Assembly (NCBI GenBank): GCA_030141605.1
Contig: JAQGDQ010000015.1
Location: forward strand, 124,001 to 188,000
Length of the DNA: 64,000 nucleotides
Direction: 5' to 3'
Source of the DNA: Tubiluchus corallicola
Taxonomy: Eukaryota; Animalia; Priapulida
A program made the position numbers and the translations under genes. Shown here in pieces: positions 1 through 13,772 of this stretch (position 1 is the first letter of the stretch; every line of letters starts with the position of its first letter). The notes under the pieces were generated by a model. That model was given only the letters and a program-made list of their open reading frames with translations. It was not told the origin of the DNA and searched no databases.

Positions 1-1569
1 TGGCAGCAGCAGGTACTGGTTAATTTGGAAACCCATGGTGTATAATTGAAAAACTTGGTTACATTTCAAGCTTAAGGATTCGACATGAAAGTGAGCTGAT
101 AAAACAGGCCTGTGGGAAGGAGAAGCCCTGTGACATAATGGTGAAGCAAAACTCCTTACAGCGCACATTTTTTTACAAAAATAGAGCTGTAAGCCTGTGT
201 CACAGACATAGTGGTATTACTGCCATGCAGAATAGTTTTGACGTTCGCGCAGACATTCAGACAGACGCACAGTGTTTTTTCTTTGAAAAAAGTCAGTAGC
301 AAAGAAGCAGTATATTTGTATTGGGTCCTAAAGGCGTGCAGCTATGCAAAATAGTTTTGGCTTGAAATTTAAGACAGTGGCTTTACTTTAGTACTGAACT
401 TAGAGGAGAAGGGGTAGATTAAAGAAATGTGAGTCGTAGTGCGAAAATATTTTAACTAATGAGAATAAACTTCGAGGAAGGTTACTGTTAAGGTGAGTTT
501 CTGGACTTAACATGTAGGTGGCAACACCTATGTGAACGTACCTGTAATTTTATCTGTGAAGTTGTAAACTAGGTTGAGCCTCACTAAACACGCTTACAGA
601 AGCCTCAGTAAACATTTAAGTAATGTTTAGATAAATTTTCGAGTAATTACTTGTAGCTTATCTACCTGATTTGCTGTAAACCAGTATGACGTTCCAAGGA
701 TGTATTAAGTTGTTATAGCCGCACAATGTGAGTAATATTTACGTTTATTGTCTTAAATTATAATAATTAGATCATTATACATTTGTAAGCAGTGAAAGCA
801 GTCAAATTTACTATTTTCATTTTTTTATATATAGAAATAAAGATTTCTGAGAACACCATATGCTATGGAGGAAAGTCTTTTGTGTTCCGGTCACATTTAT
901 TTATCAAGGCTATATTGGAGATAATTCAACGTCAGCCATACCCACCTGAGGTTTCAAGCCATCGAGCCGCCCAAGTTGATCAAGGTCAGGAAGCCTACAG
1001 CACAGATGTATAACTGCATGCCGGAAGTAGGACAGGAAATGCGTCTACGCTTCTCAGGCCTGTATTATGTGAATTGCCTATTGACAAGACTTTTAAGAAC
1101 TGTATCTGTATGGTGAACTGACCTGAAATACTAACCTACTGCATAAAATTATTGCGTTAATTTTGCGCATAAAGTTATTAAGCCATTAAGACTTGTAAGA
1201 TTCGCTTAGGCTGTTTAGTACTGAAGTATTGAGGGTTTAATAGTTTAATAATAGGGTTTAATTAAAGTTTTGAAATATTCAGAGTTTACCAATTAAGATT
1301 AATTTTATTTTCGACTTGGTATTATTTCCACATGTTAGTATAGAGAATAACGTGAATTTCTACACTGTCAGATAATGCTTTGATTTGTTGTACAGTTTAC
1401 CCGATTGCCTAATTACTAGTAGTGCAGCAGTGCATTATAGTGCATAAAGAATTAGACCATACGTTATCGTTGCTATTTGACTACATGGATTTTTATGCAT
1501 AGTTCACTAGTTTATCTACTTAGCTACCTGTATTATTTTACTGAATTGTACTTTGCTGTATTTTGAACC

Positions 1570-3758
1570 ATGTCTGATTTAGGTAAGAAAACTGTCCCTG
1601 AGATACAGCGAATGCTTAAGGACAAGTGTTTACCTGTTAGCGGGCGGAAGCAGGAATTAATTGATAGGCTGTTGCAAAGCGAAGGCGCAGCTTCCAGCTC
1701 AACTGAAGATGAAACGCAGCTTACACCTGCCGCTATACCTTATAGTGGGGACAAAGAGGAAAGCTTAGGCGAGCTAAGAAGCCTCAGAACGCACAAAAGT
1801 CACAAGTCTCCTCATTCACGTAGTTCAAAATCAACCACTGCTTCGGCAACAGCACAAAGAATGTCAGCTGAAGCGAAAAAGGCTGCTCTTATGATTAAGC
1901 AACAAGCACTTGCAGAGAAGACAAAATTGCAGTTACATGAAATGCAGCTCGAACAAGAAAAGCAAAAGTTAGTTTTGCAAAAAGAACAGTTGAAGATAGC
2001 TACTGAAATTAAGCAAGCAGACGCTGAGGCAACTGTCTTTGCTCAGTTTGAAGCCGGTAGTCCAGGTCTTTCCGGGGTCGTTTTCTTTGTTGACAAAAGG
2101 GAGCAAACAAGAGACTGGGTAGCAAATTACTGCCAAGATAATAACACTAATTATGAGGAATCAATTGAAGTATATATATCGTTGGCCACTAATGACGTTT
2201 ATGCCAAAAGTGCCCTTGTTTTAGCACATTCTTTGAAGGCCACTGGGACCAAACACCCATTGGTTATCATAGTAACGAATGAAGTTTCCTCATTAATGAT
2301 ATCACAACTTGACACTGTTTATGACAAAGTTGAGCTTGTTGAAAGATGGGAGAACCAAAACATAGATACGCAGCTTCTTCGTGAGCGACCCGAACTACGC
2401 TGCACTTATACAAAGCTTCACTGCTGGTGTCAGGTGCCATATGCCAAGGGCATATTTCTTGATGCAGACACATTAGTTTTGCAGAATATTGACGAATTAT
2501 TCTTGTATAAAGAATTTTCTGCTGTCACCGATGTTGGTTGGCCACACATTTAATAGCGGTGTGTTTATATTTGAACCAAGCATGGAAACTTACGCCGAGT
2601 TATTATCGTTTGCAAACACTCAAGCAAGTTTTGAAAGACGTCTATAACATGACGTCTGCAAAGTCCTGTACTTACTACTCTACGCTGGAGATGTATCGAG
2701 ATCAAGTAAAGATAGTTCATTTTATTGGTCAAGATAAACCGTGGTACTATAAGTTCGATATTCAGACTGAGGAGGTTTCTACTCCATTGTGCCATAATGT
2801 ACAACATGATAGGCAATTTATCAAAATGTGGTGGAAATTTTACACAAATAAAGTGGAACTTGCCTTGGCTCCTCAGACACGCGCAAGAGATTTGAATGTT
2901 CAAGCAACACATTTTAGGTCCACCTTCAATGTGCCTTCGGAGAGCGACTCGTTTCTTTCTTATGCTCATAACAGATGGCAAGAAAGGTCTTATAGTCCTA
3001 AGGAGCAACCAGGAAGCAGTTCCTTTCAGGCACCTTTACGTGCCACGCAACCTGAAATCAAAGGGAGTCCTATGCCAGCAGTACAACCCCCTTACCAGTT
3101 TTATGGTTTTCCATTGCCTGGTATCGAGATAGAGAAATTCGATGGCAGCCCGTTGCAGTATTGTCGCTTCATTAAACAGTTTGATACAACGGTTAAGAAT
3201 TACACAACTGACAACATTGCCAGATTAACACTCCTTCAGTTTTGCAGTGACAAAATAAAACGTTATATTGACGTGACTATGGACCCAGTTGTTGGTTACA
3301 CAAAAGCAAAGCGTATGCTAAAGGAGCGGTTTGGAAATGAATTTAATATCACTCAAGCATGGATCAAACAGATTTCGGATTTCAAACCCATCAAGGCTGC
3401 GGAATATCAGACATTACAGGAATATGCAGACTTGTTGCGCACTTGTTGTGAAACTCTGTCAAGTTTAAGTTATTTGTCAGAGATTAATGCTCAAGAAAAT
3501 CTCGTACAAATCGTTGACAAATTGCCCATTGGTATTCATTCTCACTGGAGGAAAGAGGTTCATAATATTAAATCTTCTGGGAGAATTCCAGACATCTTTG
3601 ATGTTGTTACTTTCATAGAAAGACAGGCACAGATTGAAAATGAGCCCACGTTTCATAGGAAACCATCCGAGAGGAAGGACACCTATAAGCCTAAACCAAA
3701 GTCTAATTCTGCAAACATTTTTGCTAGTTCTGGAACATTTGCTAGCGATATGGTCTAA
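1570..3758 (+). mobile_element. BEL/Pao-type LTR retrotransposon gag (N-terminal SAP domain, Ser-rich/coiled-coil region, DUF1759-like capsid region) with embedded glycogenin domain; frameshifted, no pol downstream
   Basis: ORF 1570..2553 starts with a SAP-like motif (LGKKTVPEIQRMLKDKCLPVSGRKQELIDRL), then SRSSKSTTASATAQRMSAEAKKAAL...EQLKIATEIKQADAE, typical of BEL/Pao gag N-termini. ORF 2538..3758 contains LPGIEIEKFDGSPLQYCRFIKQF...AKRMLKERFGNEFNITQAWI...LVQIVDKLP (DUF1759-like). No protease/RT/integrase ORF follows. Confidence 0.85.
2167..2867 (+). pseudogene. Intronless glycogenin-like (glycosyltransferase family 8) domain inside the gag, with two frameshifts and an internal deletion
   Basis: Frame 1: YISLATNDVYAKSALVLAHSLK...RPELRCTYTKLHCW...KGIFLDADTLVLQNIDELF...SAVTDVGWP. 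Frame 2 (2549-2635): FNSGVFIFEPSMETYAELLSFANTQASFE. Frame 3 (from 2637): VYNMTS...KIVHFIGQDKPWYY...FIKMWWKFY. These are glycogenin motifs in order; the GGDQGLLN segment is missing. Confidence 0.88.
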
Positions 3759-3765
3759 CAACTTT

Positions 3766-4085
3766 AAAGGGAGAGAAGCCTGTCCTGGTCGCGCACTGTT
3801 AACACTAATTTTACGTATCATTTATTGCAGTCAGAAAACTTGCATTAGCTTAAATCATAGTGGGCATTGATTGACTTGCTCTTACCTGTGACTTGTATTA
3901 ATTATGCTGTGACAAAATAACGAATTGTATAAAATGTGGCCACACTAATAATACAATTTATTAATAAATGTGCTATAGCTGAAACTGGCAGGTTCAATTC
4001 AATAAATTTAAAATAGTTTTCTGAATAATTCCCATCTATTTAAAAATAATAGTCTGGTAATAATGTCTGGTAATATGGTAATACA
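3766..4085 (+). mobile_element. Candidate polypurine tract and 3' LTR of the gag element
   Basis: AAAGGGAGAGAA just after the gag stop, then TGT at 3781, TATAAAA (~3928), AATAAA (~3963, ~4001) and a possible ACA end at 4085. No matching 5' LTR was found in the window, so boundaries are tentative. Confidence 0.35.
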
Positions 4086-7000
4086 AGAGTTGAAGTATGA
4101 CAATGTTATCTGTGACAACAATTAACCTCAGAATATTGATCTTTTATTTTCTCCCAACTAAAGCTGCTGAGAGTTTTTGCAGTATAATGCGGCAATTAAT
4201 ATGAAAATATAAAGTTAAGAACAATTTAAGGGATTTATTTAGGGATGGGAGTAAGATACCGTAATGTCGTTCCATTTCCCCACACTGCTTAATATATATT
4301 TTCATTCTCCGTCGTTTATTTGCTTGTAAAATATATATATGTGAAATAAAGTAATATACATTTTCATTTTCCATTGTTTACTTTCTTGCTTGGGTACAAT
4401 AGGTATATTACGTGATGATTTTTAGTTAGTAATTTTCAATCTGTTTTATCAATAAATTTTGTGTGTTGTAAATATGTAATATAGTACTATGTGCACTGAA
4501 TTAAAAAAAAATTAAATTAATTAATTAAGTGATGTAAAATGTATTTTCGTTCTCTATTGTTTTGCATATTTTTATATAGGCCTACTTTATTTTTCATCGT
4601 TGTCTTTAATACATTTCAGCAGTAGCCAACTTTCGTTAATTCCACACTTGTAGAATTTTTGCATGCTTTGTTTTCATTAAAGTGTTGTGTACAGTATTAT
4701 TTGAATTTTGGCATTTTCTTGTAGTTACAAGGGGCCTATTGAGTTAGTACAAATGAAGTAGTACGCATCTTTATAATGATAAAAACTGTGACTACTTCAC
4801 CAAATTTGGTTCAATCCTCGCACTCTATCTTTACGGATGTCATCATTTTCAGAAAATAAACAACTTTGTAAGTACGCTGACACTATTTCACTCTTCTATT
4901 TCTGCACCATTATATAAATAAGCTACCATTCTTACTTAATCCTTTCTTAAATTTGGGAACTCATAAGCCCAGGTCATGCGGGAAAATATGTAAGGCCCTA
5001 TTTCAAGATTAGTTTTTATTTTAAACATAGTTTATTGCCTGAAAACAGACAGCTTCACACAACAGACAGATTCTCCCCACAATGTCCCTGCATAATTACC
5101 ACAATTAACCTGCAATTAAATAAAATAAAATTACAAAAATATAATGATTTTTGTAATCTGTATTATAATGCGTAGTTGAGAATACTGTAGATGAAAAAAA
5201 AACACGCGTATAGCAAGTAATCTTCAGGCATCCTTTTGTGTTGGATTAGTGGAATGTCCGTGTTCCCGGCGCGCAACAACGTCGTCTGAAACAGCAACAT
5301 TCATTGAGACCCATTTTCTATTTTCTCTTGTTCACAGCATCATTCATTCGCCTTGCTTTTTCCATCAGCGATCGCTTTGCTCCTATGCACTACCACCATC
5401 ATCATCATTATCTTTCTGTCTCTTTCTCCCTCCCTCCATCCTGTCTTTTTCTGCCTCCTTCCCTGCTCAGAGTTTTCTCGATAAAATTATAGTGTACGTA
5501 ACCATTCCTGTAAAATTTTAGATCAGGCCAAAATCATCATCCGGCTCATTCCGATCCCAAGTCCAATTGAGCTGCTCAAGGTTCGCTGGTTTTGTCACAG
5601 TTTTTCAATGACACATTTTCAATTAATTAGCCGTTAGGGGAAGTGTACGTTTGGTGCCCTCTTAATGCATACCTTTATGCACGTTAGTTAAAACGGCTTC
5701 CAAAAAGCACTTTTTACAGCACTCTACTATAATATGCACATCACTGACAACTACAAAGAGAATACTAGGTAGCAGCACCGGCTTATATGACTAATTAAGG
5801 AACTACAACAAGTTTCAGAAAGATGTCAGCACAATGTAATTCTGGTGCAATAAAGTGGTTACCGGAAATCACTGGGAAACTTGGCTTCTTTATTCCGCTT
5901 CTATACATTACCGCTTTCTGTCTCTCTTTCTGCTCTATCCTTCTGTTTCTCTTGCTTTCTCTCCCCCTCTCTCTTTATGTTAAGACAACTATAATATTTT
6001 TTATAATTATATAACTTCTAATGATTAAGGTTATTTTCGTTATTAAATAAACAACCACTTCATGATGGATGATAAATGTAGTAACGTATAATTATGGTTA
6101 GTTTTTGTTATAGTTACTTATGCATTAAAGATAGCCAAATGATACATGAGAATCTCCGATAGTAATAAATGTTATTTATTATTAATTATAAGCTGATGTA
6201 CTGACAGCAGCATTATTAACTGCCAGATGCAATGAGATTGCTCGCTTGAGCGTAATTGTGACTTTTAAATGCCAATAATGTCTTAAAGAAATTAAAGTTT
6301 GATTGATAATTTTTGGAAGCTGATAATAAACATCTTATACATTTTTCCCAAAGTAAGTATTTATTTCTTATAAATATCTTTAAAGAGATTAAATCATTGA
6401 GCAAAAAGCACTAAAGAAAAGTTGCTTTTACTAAGTAGGTAAGAAAAAAGAACTTTTATGGGAGAGTTTTAAATATAATAACATCGCCTTTTAGAGAAGA
6501 CCTAAAATATCAATGATGAGTTTAACTATAAAAAGTTTAATTTAACTTTATAATTACAAAATTATGAAGAATTTTAATAAAGAGTAGCTGGTGCTTGAAA
6601 GTGCTTGCAAAACTTAAAATAAAATAATTATTATAATGATGATTGCAGCTGTGCTTCTAAATCATCAACGCTATTGAAGGCATCTTTCGACTTCAGCACT
6701 AGCAGCTATGCTTTTCCATCACACAGAAACACAAGTACAAAAAAGCCGAATGTTACGAAATGATGATCGTTTATCAGCGATGGTTTCCGAAATGCAGGTG
6801 TATTATTCTTATAAAAACAAATTTTGGTGTATACTACTGATTTCTTTCTTCTTGCGATAATGCTAGGCCTTAACCTTAGCTCCAGCGGACTGTTGCTTTT
6901 TGCCACATATTAATTAGCGAAAAAAAAACAATTACCTGTGAGCTCACGTTTTCTGTGTTTTGCTGAGAAGAAAAGCAGCACAAACCTTAGTTAATAACTA

Positions 7001-8969
7001 GATTTGTGATTGTTCACCTGTCAAAAAATTAGAAATTTCGATTTTACTAAAGCGAAATGCATTTGGCGTAAAACATATGGGTCTATCGCTCCGTCTCCGC
7101 GGTAACGTAGGCACGCTCAGCAGCATTCGGTGCAACAGCTCACGTTGGGCAACAACTGTCCAAGCTAAACTAAATTAAACCAGACAACATGACAGTCACA
7201 ACTAATGTCTAATCAGCAGATAAACTGATTGCACTTTTTCATAAACACAAATTTAAAGAGCAGCAGCTATTTTTACACGAAATTAGCACTTCCAGTAGCA
7301 AAAAATGACTTTTCAATTTAAACAATGTACTACATTTCAAAAATTTCAAAGCACTACAAAATACAGAGACATGAGTATAATAAAGAAACTAAAACAGTTA
7401 GCCTTGCTTTACAATAAATGAGCAACAAAAATATCAAGTCTCTCTTGCCTTTGAACATACGAACATCATGCCTGCTATGTATTTTTCTATATTAACTAAT
7501 CATGTGCTCTTCTGCAAAATTTATTCAGTTTTTGTATTTTTCCGTTTGTCAGGCTACGGAAATTCTCATTTGTCAGACTGCTCCATTCCATAGACGACCC
7601 TTATATTGAATGCTCGTGTCACATAAGTCCCAATGGCATTCTTAACCATGATTATAACCAGAAAAATAGTATAAAATTAGCTAATATTACATTGATGTAC
7701 AATATAAGTTTTGACCACATTTGAATTAATTTTGACTGTAAAGATTTCTTTTAGGTTTATAAAAACTGGCCAGAAAAGAAAACAATTTGTTTTGTCCTTA
7801 TTTTAAGTTAATCAGATAGTTGTTTTTGTCTAGCTTGCAACGCTATAAATTACATTAAACTGCGTATTTTCTTGATTGCAAAATGGTTTAACCAGCAATT
7901 CATAGACGTAAGCGGGTGTGCATTTCTTCCTATAAATGAAACTACACTATGTATATTTCCACTAATTCATTTGCAATTTCAATTGACAAGAATAAAATCT
8001 AGAACTAGGCCAATATTTCTCCTGCTAACTAATGAAAAGTTGGGCATTTTTCATAACAGCATTATACGCCGCTGTAGCTAAATATCCCGAATGTACCTGC
8101 GTTTATTAAGCTCTGCAGGAGTGCGAAATAACTTGCGCACTGATTGGGCAGTCAACGAAAATGATTGACATTATGTTAGACGTCAATTCCTAGATAATCA
8201 AGCATAGTTAATTTAACGGAGGCCACATTACGCCCTTCAGAGCCTTGACTAGTGTTAAATCACAAGTTCTGATTTCACTGAAATTTTGAAGCACAACCGT
8301 AGTTCCATACACGATGTTAACTATTTAAAAAAACATTTTTATTTGAAAAACAAAAGCTGCTACATTAAACAATCTCCTATCATCAAACCGAAATCTTACC
8401 ACAGTTTTTGACAGAGTCAAAAATGTTCACTAGTTATTAATTATTTTTTAATCAAATTCGGCTGTAAGAAAAGAAATGTGAAAGTCGGCCAAGATTCGAA
8501 CCTTAAAAAGGATTTTAAATTACACGACAGATAAGTTAACCGTTAGATCACGTTTTGATAATATAATCAACTAATACAGTGAAATTGTCCAAAGTAATGA
8601 TTCTGAGAAGCAAAATAGTGACTACACTGGAGCCTGGAGGGATTGAAATCACGTGACAGCACGAAATCGCTCCTGCGCGTAGTTTCACAGAAATGCCTTT
8701 CGTGTTATTCGGTGTATAGTGTCGGTCCACTTAGGACTGCATTCTTTATTTTTATGGATTTCTTTCTTTGTATTTTTTAAATAATTTTCAAGCATCTGAA
8801 TTAACTGAATTAAGTCGTTGAATTACGTTTTCCTCCAACTGCAGTGTTTACGGAATTGTAGAAATGCGGTTAAGGTTGCCCACAAGTTTGTTGCTCTCCA
8901 AATGGAAAATACTTAGTGAAGTACATCGTGTAATCGATATTGTTTCTGTCAAAAACTAAAAAACACAAT

Positions 8970-11900
8970 ATGGAAGGGCTAGAAAACCTATTTTTGCTAG
9001 TGGATGCTTTGCTGATGACATTTATTTTTGCACCGTTGGTTGTGTTTTACTGGCGTGGTACTTGGCAACTCATGGACATCTACCTAGCACCGGATCATTT
9101 AGGTCTTAGTGCATTATCATCATCCATCATCGGTTTTGGTGGCACATTGATCATCCACTTGTTCCAACATCCCCTCCATGATTTCCTCCAAGAACGCAGC
9201 TCAGTTACGTATCTTTTTCTCACCAGGTTGTACACCTACGTGTATTCCTTCATTAACGTGAATCAGTGGAGGGGTGTATGGGTGGGATTAGATCATATAA
9301 CAGGAGTGAATCTCTTCAGCTCAGGAGGTACGGCATTGATTGGTTTTGCCGGATTGTGTTTGCTGAGGAGCAGTAGGTGCGCGATTGCTCCACCCATCAT
9401 TTTGGGCCATGATATCAACCCTGAATATGTACTGATTACAACAAGATTTGGAGTAAAGGTGTGTTAAAACTTGTTATTTGTTCTGTTTTACTTATGTATC
9501 ACCAAAATATAAATGATTAAAATTTAAATTCGACATAAGGAATGTATACTATGTATAGCAGCCACTAGGCTTGTTTCCAACTTTTATCAAAAGACATCTT
9601 TCCTGTGGAATATTTAACTAATAAACATTAACCAATTATCTTGGTTATATAAAATATTTAAGCAACTATCCCATGGAACAACTAGTTAATAAACAACAAG
9701 CAATTGTCTTGGTTATATAAAATATTTATCATGCGCCTCAGGGTTGATATAATTCAGAGTTTTACGGAATTTTTTTCAATATTTCACGCCGACTAAACGA
9801 AGAAATAACGTTGAGCGTGACATTTCTATATCTTTTGATAATATTACTTCATTTCGATAATATTTGTTTTTTCTCCCATCTACCAGCGGTGATAACAATT
9901 ACGTATTTCCCCTTTTTCTTAAAAAAGTTAAAAATAGTACTGTATATGTAAATATCTTCATAAAAATAGTGTTAAATTTTGCGTACAATTCCATTAAACA
10001 TACCTTAGTGAAAACCTAAAAGATAGTAGGAATAAACTTGCGCATTTAAGTTTGCCAGGTGTCCGCGGCAAGTCGAAGTTTTTCTACTTGTTGTCCACGA
10101 AGTTAATTTAACTCTCTATTTTGCACATTTTGCAGATTGTACTTTAAGAGGCCTTTTCTCTACTCCATTTTAAAAAACGATTTTCTTGAATTTTTTCTTG
10201 GTTTCTAATGGCTACATTTTATTGGTATTTGCGTTTAGAAAGTTTGTTTTCGATTACCTGGGTCAAATTTCGAAAAGGAATTAGATTGAAATTAGCCCAA
10301 GGGAAGAGACAATAATTACAAAATTTTACAAAATAACTGACGCGGGCATGTAAAAAGATTAAAGTTCAAAGTGAGGACAGAATGCTGTACAAGCTGCACC
10401 ACGGAAACCTTTTATTTCTTGAGTTGCCGAATTTTGAAAGGGAATAAGTTTGAATTTAGCACAAGTGAGGCGACAGCAGTAACAAAATTTCACAAAAATA
10501 ACTGACGCGGGTAAGTAAAATCATTAAAGTTCAAAATAAGGCCAAAAGGCTCTCCACTGCGTAAACTTTTTATTCCTGGAGGAAGAAGGAGGCATCAACT
10601 TCCTGTTTAGATTTATTAATAAAATAACTGCTACTGATTGATGCGTTTACACTTTCCATACATTCATCACAGCTCAACTGAATTTTGATTAGAATCTCTG
10701 CAAATAATTTGTTTTGTTTAAGACCTTAATAAGCAAAAACATTGGAACGACAATTACAAAACTAGAAATACATACATTACAAAATGATTTTGGAAAACTA
10801 GAAAAAACGTTTAAACACAGCTTGTTCCGTTCCATTGTTTCGTGCGAAGTAGGTTGCAAGTTTTTTGCATTTTCCTAAAAACAATATTATGAAAAAAATG
10901 AAAACATTAACAAGTGACAAAGCAGCATGTATCTATCATCGGAACTGTCAACGAAATAAATTTTCAATTAGTTTATTGGGCTGTCTCATATACATACCGT
11001 ACTATACTAAAGTTTTTAGTATCCCGCCAGCAGGTTATAAATTATTATAATATAATCTAATAAATTATATGACCTATTAAGAAGTTACCCGAGCTTTCAC
11101 AAACAGAAATTTACGTTTGATTACGTGCAGGTTAGCTTGACGTGATAAGACGAGATGGACATACCTTTAGCTTAGTTATCTGCAAATCTATTGTAGCTGT
11201 TATGAATTTGAAACTGTGAGCGCTGAGACTGTTTCCAGCAACTGCGTGCCCGTTTGGACCAATAGGTGACTGTCTAGTAACATTTTCAAAGGGCTGATGG
11301 TTGATGAGAGTTACACACACTGTAATGGCGCTCCTATTAGCATTCAGAATAGATTGATGAGATGGGATCACGGGAGTCTTAGTTTTCAAATAAAATTACT
11401 GAATACTGACGTTTCAGCATCATGTTTCACTGTTTTCAAGGCAACTGTATGAACTTTATTAGCGACAGTAGTTTTCGCTATCATATATTCTGGTTTTTCG
11501 TTTATACCAGGATATTTCTTGCCATGGGCTACTAATTTATAAAAAAAACCAGTTAGACAAATTTATCACCTTCTAATTGGCATTCAGTTGCTGGGAGTGA
11601 CACTAAAATTTACGTTTACTTTTCAGCTTTATTATCTCGTTAAAGCTGCCTAACACTCGGTTTTGGAGTAGTTTTGGAGTAACTACTAGATAGGACTAAT
11701 TCCCAGTTTCCATACTATAAGTTAAATTAACAAAACCAGCAATCATAAGTTTCTGTTTTCTAATCGTCAGTCAATCGTCAAGGTTTTAACAGGAACTATA
11801 AACACTGTTTATATTTTTATAAAATTTAAACAAGCTGACATAAACTCATAATGATGTTACGATGTTTGATGGCTGGATTAAGGCACCTATCGTTTCGTCT

Positions 11901-13740
11901 ATAAATCCATAAATATCTTTTCAAGTTCTCCTTCGATCCAATGTTGATGTGTTGTTGAAGAACTTCAATTTACCTCTCATACGCAGAAACTAACTTATAC
12001 TAAAATAATGGAATAAGGGATATTGTTACGACCAAATTGGTAAAATTTAGTCTACAATCACGTATCAACATATATAGGAGAATTTTAGTAGAAATATGCG
12101 TACTAGTTTGAGAAACTGTGCTACTTAATTTTAGTAGCTTCACAGAATCACAGTGGGCTCCAATTTGCGAATGAGGATCTGATGCTCCGGCGATATGCAG
12201 TTTTGCACCAAAATTTAATGCAGTACTAGAAGTACTAGAAGAAATGCCTACCAAATTTAAGCTAGCCGTATATACAAACGCAAGCAGCACAATGACAAGG
12301 ATGGGATGTCCTTGAATTTATATGCAAAGTTTCTCATTCAGCGTTATCCAAAATGTCTACAAAACGTACAATCTGGTTAAAGTAACTTTATTTGGTTTTG
12401 TTCCTTACCAATAACAGAAAAGCGGAGTTCTACTACACCGACGTGTTTTTACTAAACGCAAAATAAGCACTAAAATTTGTTCTGAAAATGCGTTTTAATG
12501 CCCTTCAGGCTAAATTAAGGGTTTATTTCTAGAATACCATAGTATTCACAGAATACCATAGAATTCATAGATGGTATATATGTTATAGTATTCATATATG
12601 ATGGTATTAATAGTACCATACTAAGTACATCTAAACTAAGAGCAATTCTAAAGCATTATTTCCCATTATAAAGGAATGATCATTTATTGTGTTCTGGCTT
12701 GATAACATCTTTAGTATGCAACCGGCGAAAATCATCCCATTCAGGCAACTAGCTGTTTCTAGAGAAGCTAAATGCAGTTCCTAAAGCCTTCCCTCTGGCT
12801 TCTTTTTTGCAATTCTCTGTCATAAAATTCTTTTCCTGAAAGCTACAACCCAGTAGATACCTCGTATCACTAACATATTATAAGTTAAACAATATTCTAT
12901 TTCTCAGGATATATAAGCATATTTATTTTTCGTCTTCCTACTACAGCTTCTTTCCATTGGTGGCTTTGTTTGGGGCAAATGATGTCAAGCATAACCCAAT
13001 CAGCGTGCAAGGTGTTTCACACTCTTGCAGAGTTTAATTAACACCGGTTGTTTCGGGACATTCACTTGCAGCTGCGTATTGCCTGGCATTTAGTACTGTT
13101 ATGAAAAAATGCTTAATTTTTCACTAGTTAGCGGGAGAAACACTGGCCTGGTTCTATATTTTATTATTGTCGATTGAAATTGCAAGCGGATATAATAAAT
13201 TATAGTCCAGTTTCGTTTATTATAGGAAGAAATCCACAACGCGTAAGTCTATGAGTTGCCGATTAAATCGTTTTGCTATCAATAAAACACGCAGTATAGT
13301 TTGGTTTATGACTTTGCAAGTTACATAAAAACACCTATTTGATTAACTTATCAGCCACGTGCACCTCTAAGCAGGTTTGCGCAAGTTGTAAACAATAACT
13401 TAGTCGGCCTTGATCAGCAATAGTTGAGGCCTAGCCGTAGAGTTGAACTCATCCACGGGAATCCGTTACAGCACTCATCATTATGAGTAAGCGAGCACAC
13501 AGGTAGAAACCCCATATTTAGGCAAAATGTTTTTCTTTTCTGGCCAGTTTTTATAAACCTCAAAGAGATCTTCACGCACCAAATTAATTCAAATGTAGTC
13601 AAATTTATATTATATATTATTATTATATTATTATTATTATAATTCTTTATTTTTAAAAACTATGTACAGAATACATTCCCTCTATTTGTAGGGGTATGTT
13701 TGAAATTTCTAAAAGTATTTACAACCTATTAAACATATTC

Positions 13741-13772
<32 letters not shown>

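Noticed and set aside
2538-2640. Programmed ribosomal frameshift between the two gag ORFs
   Set aside because: Restoring glycogenin needs two shifts through a third frame, a conserved segment is deleted, and there is no clear slippery heptamer; decay fits better.
11830-12350. Possible decayed coding sequence in the Fuseless intron
   Set aside because: Multiple stops and no recognisable motif in the frames I read.
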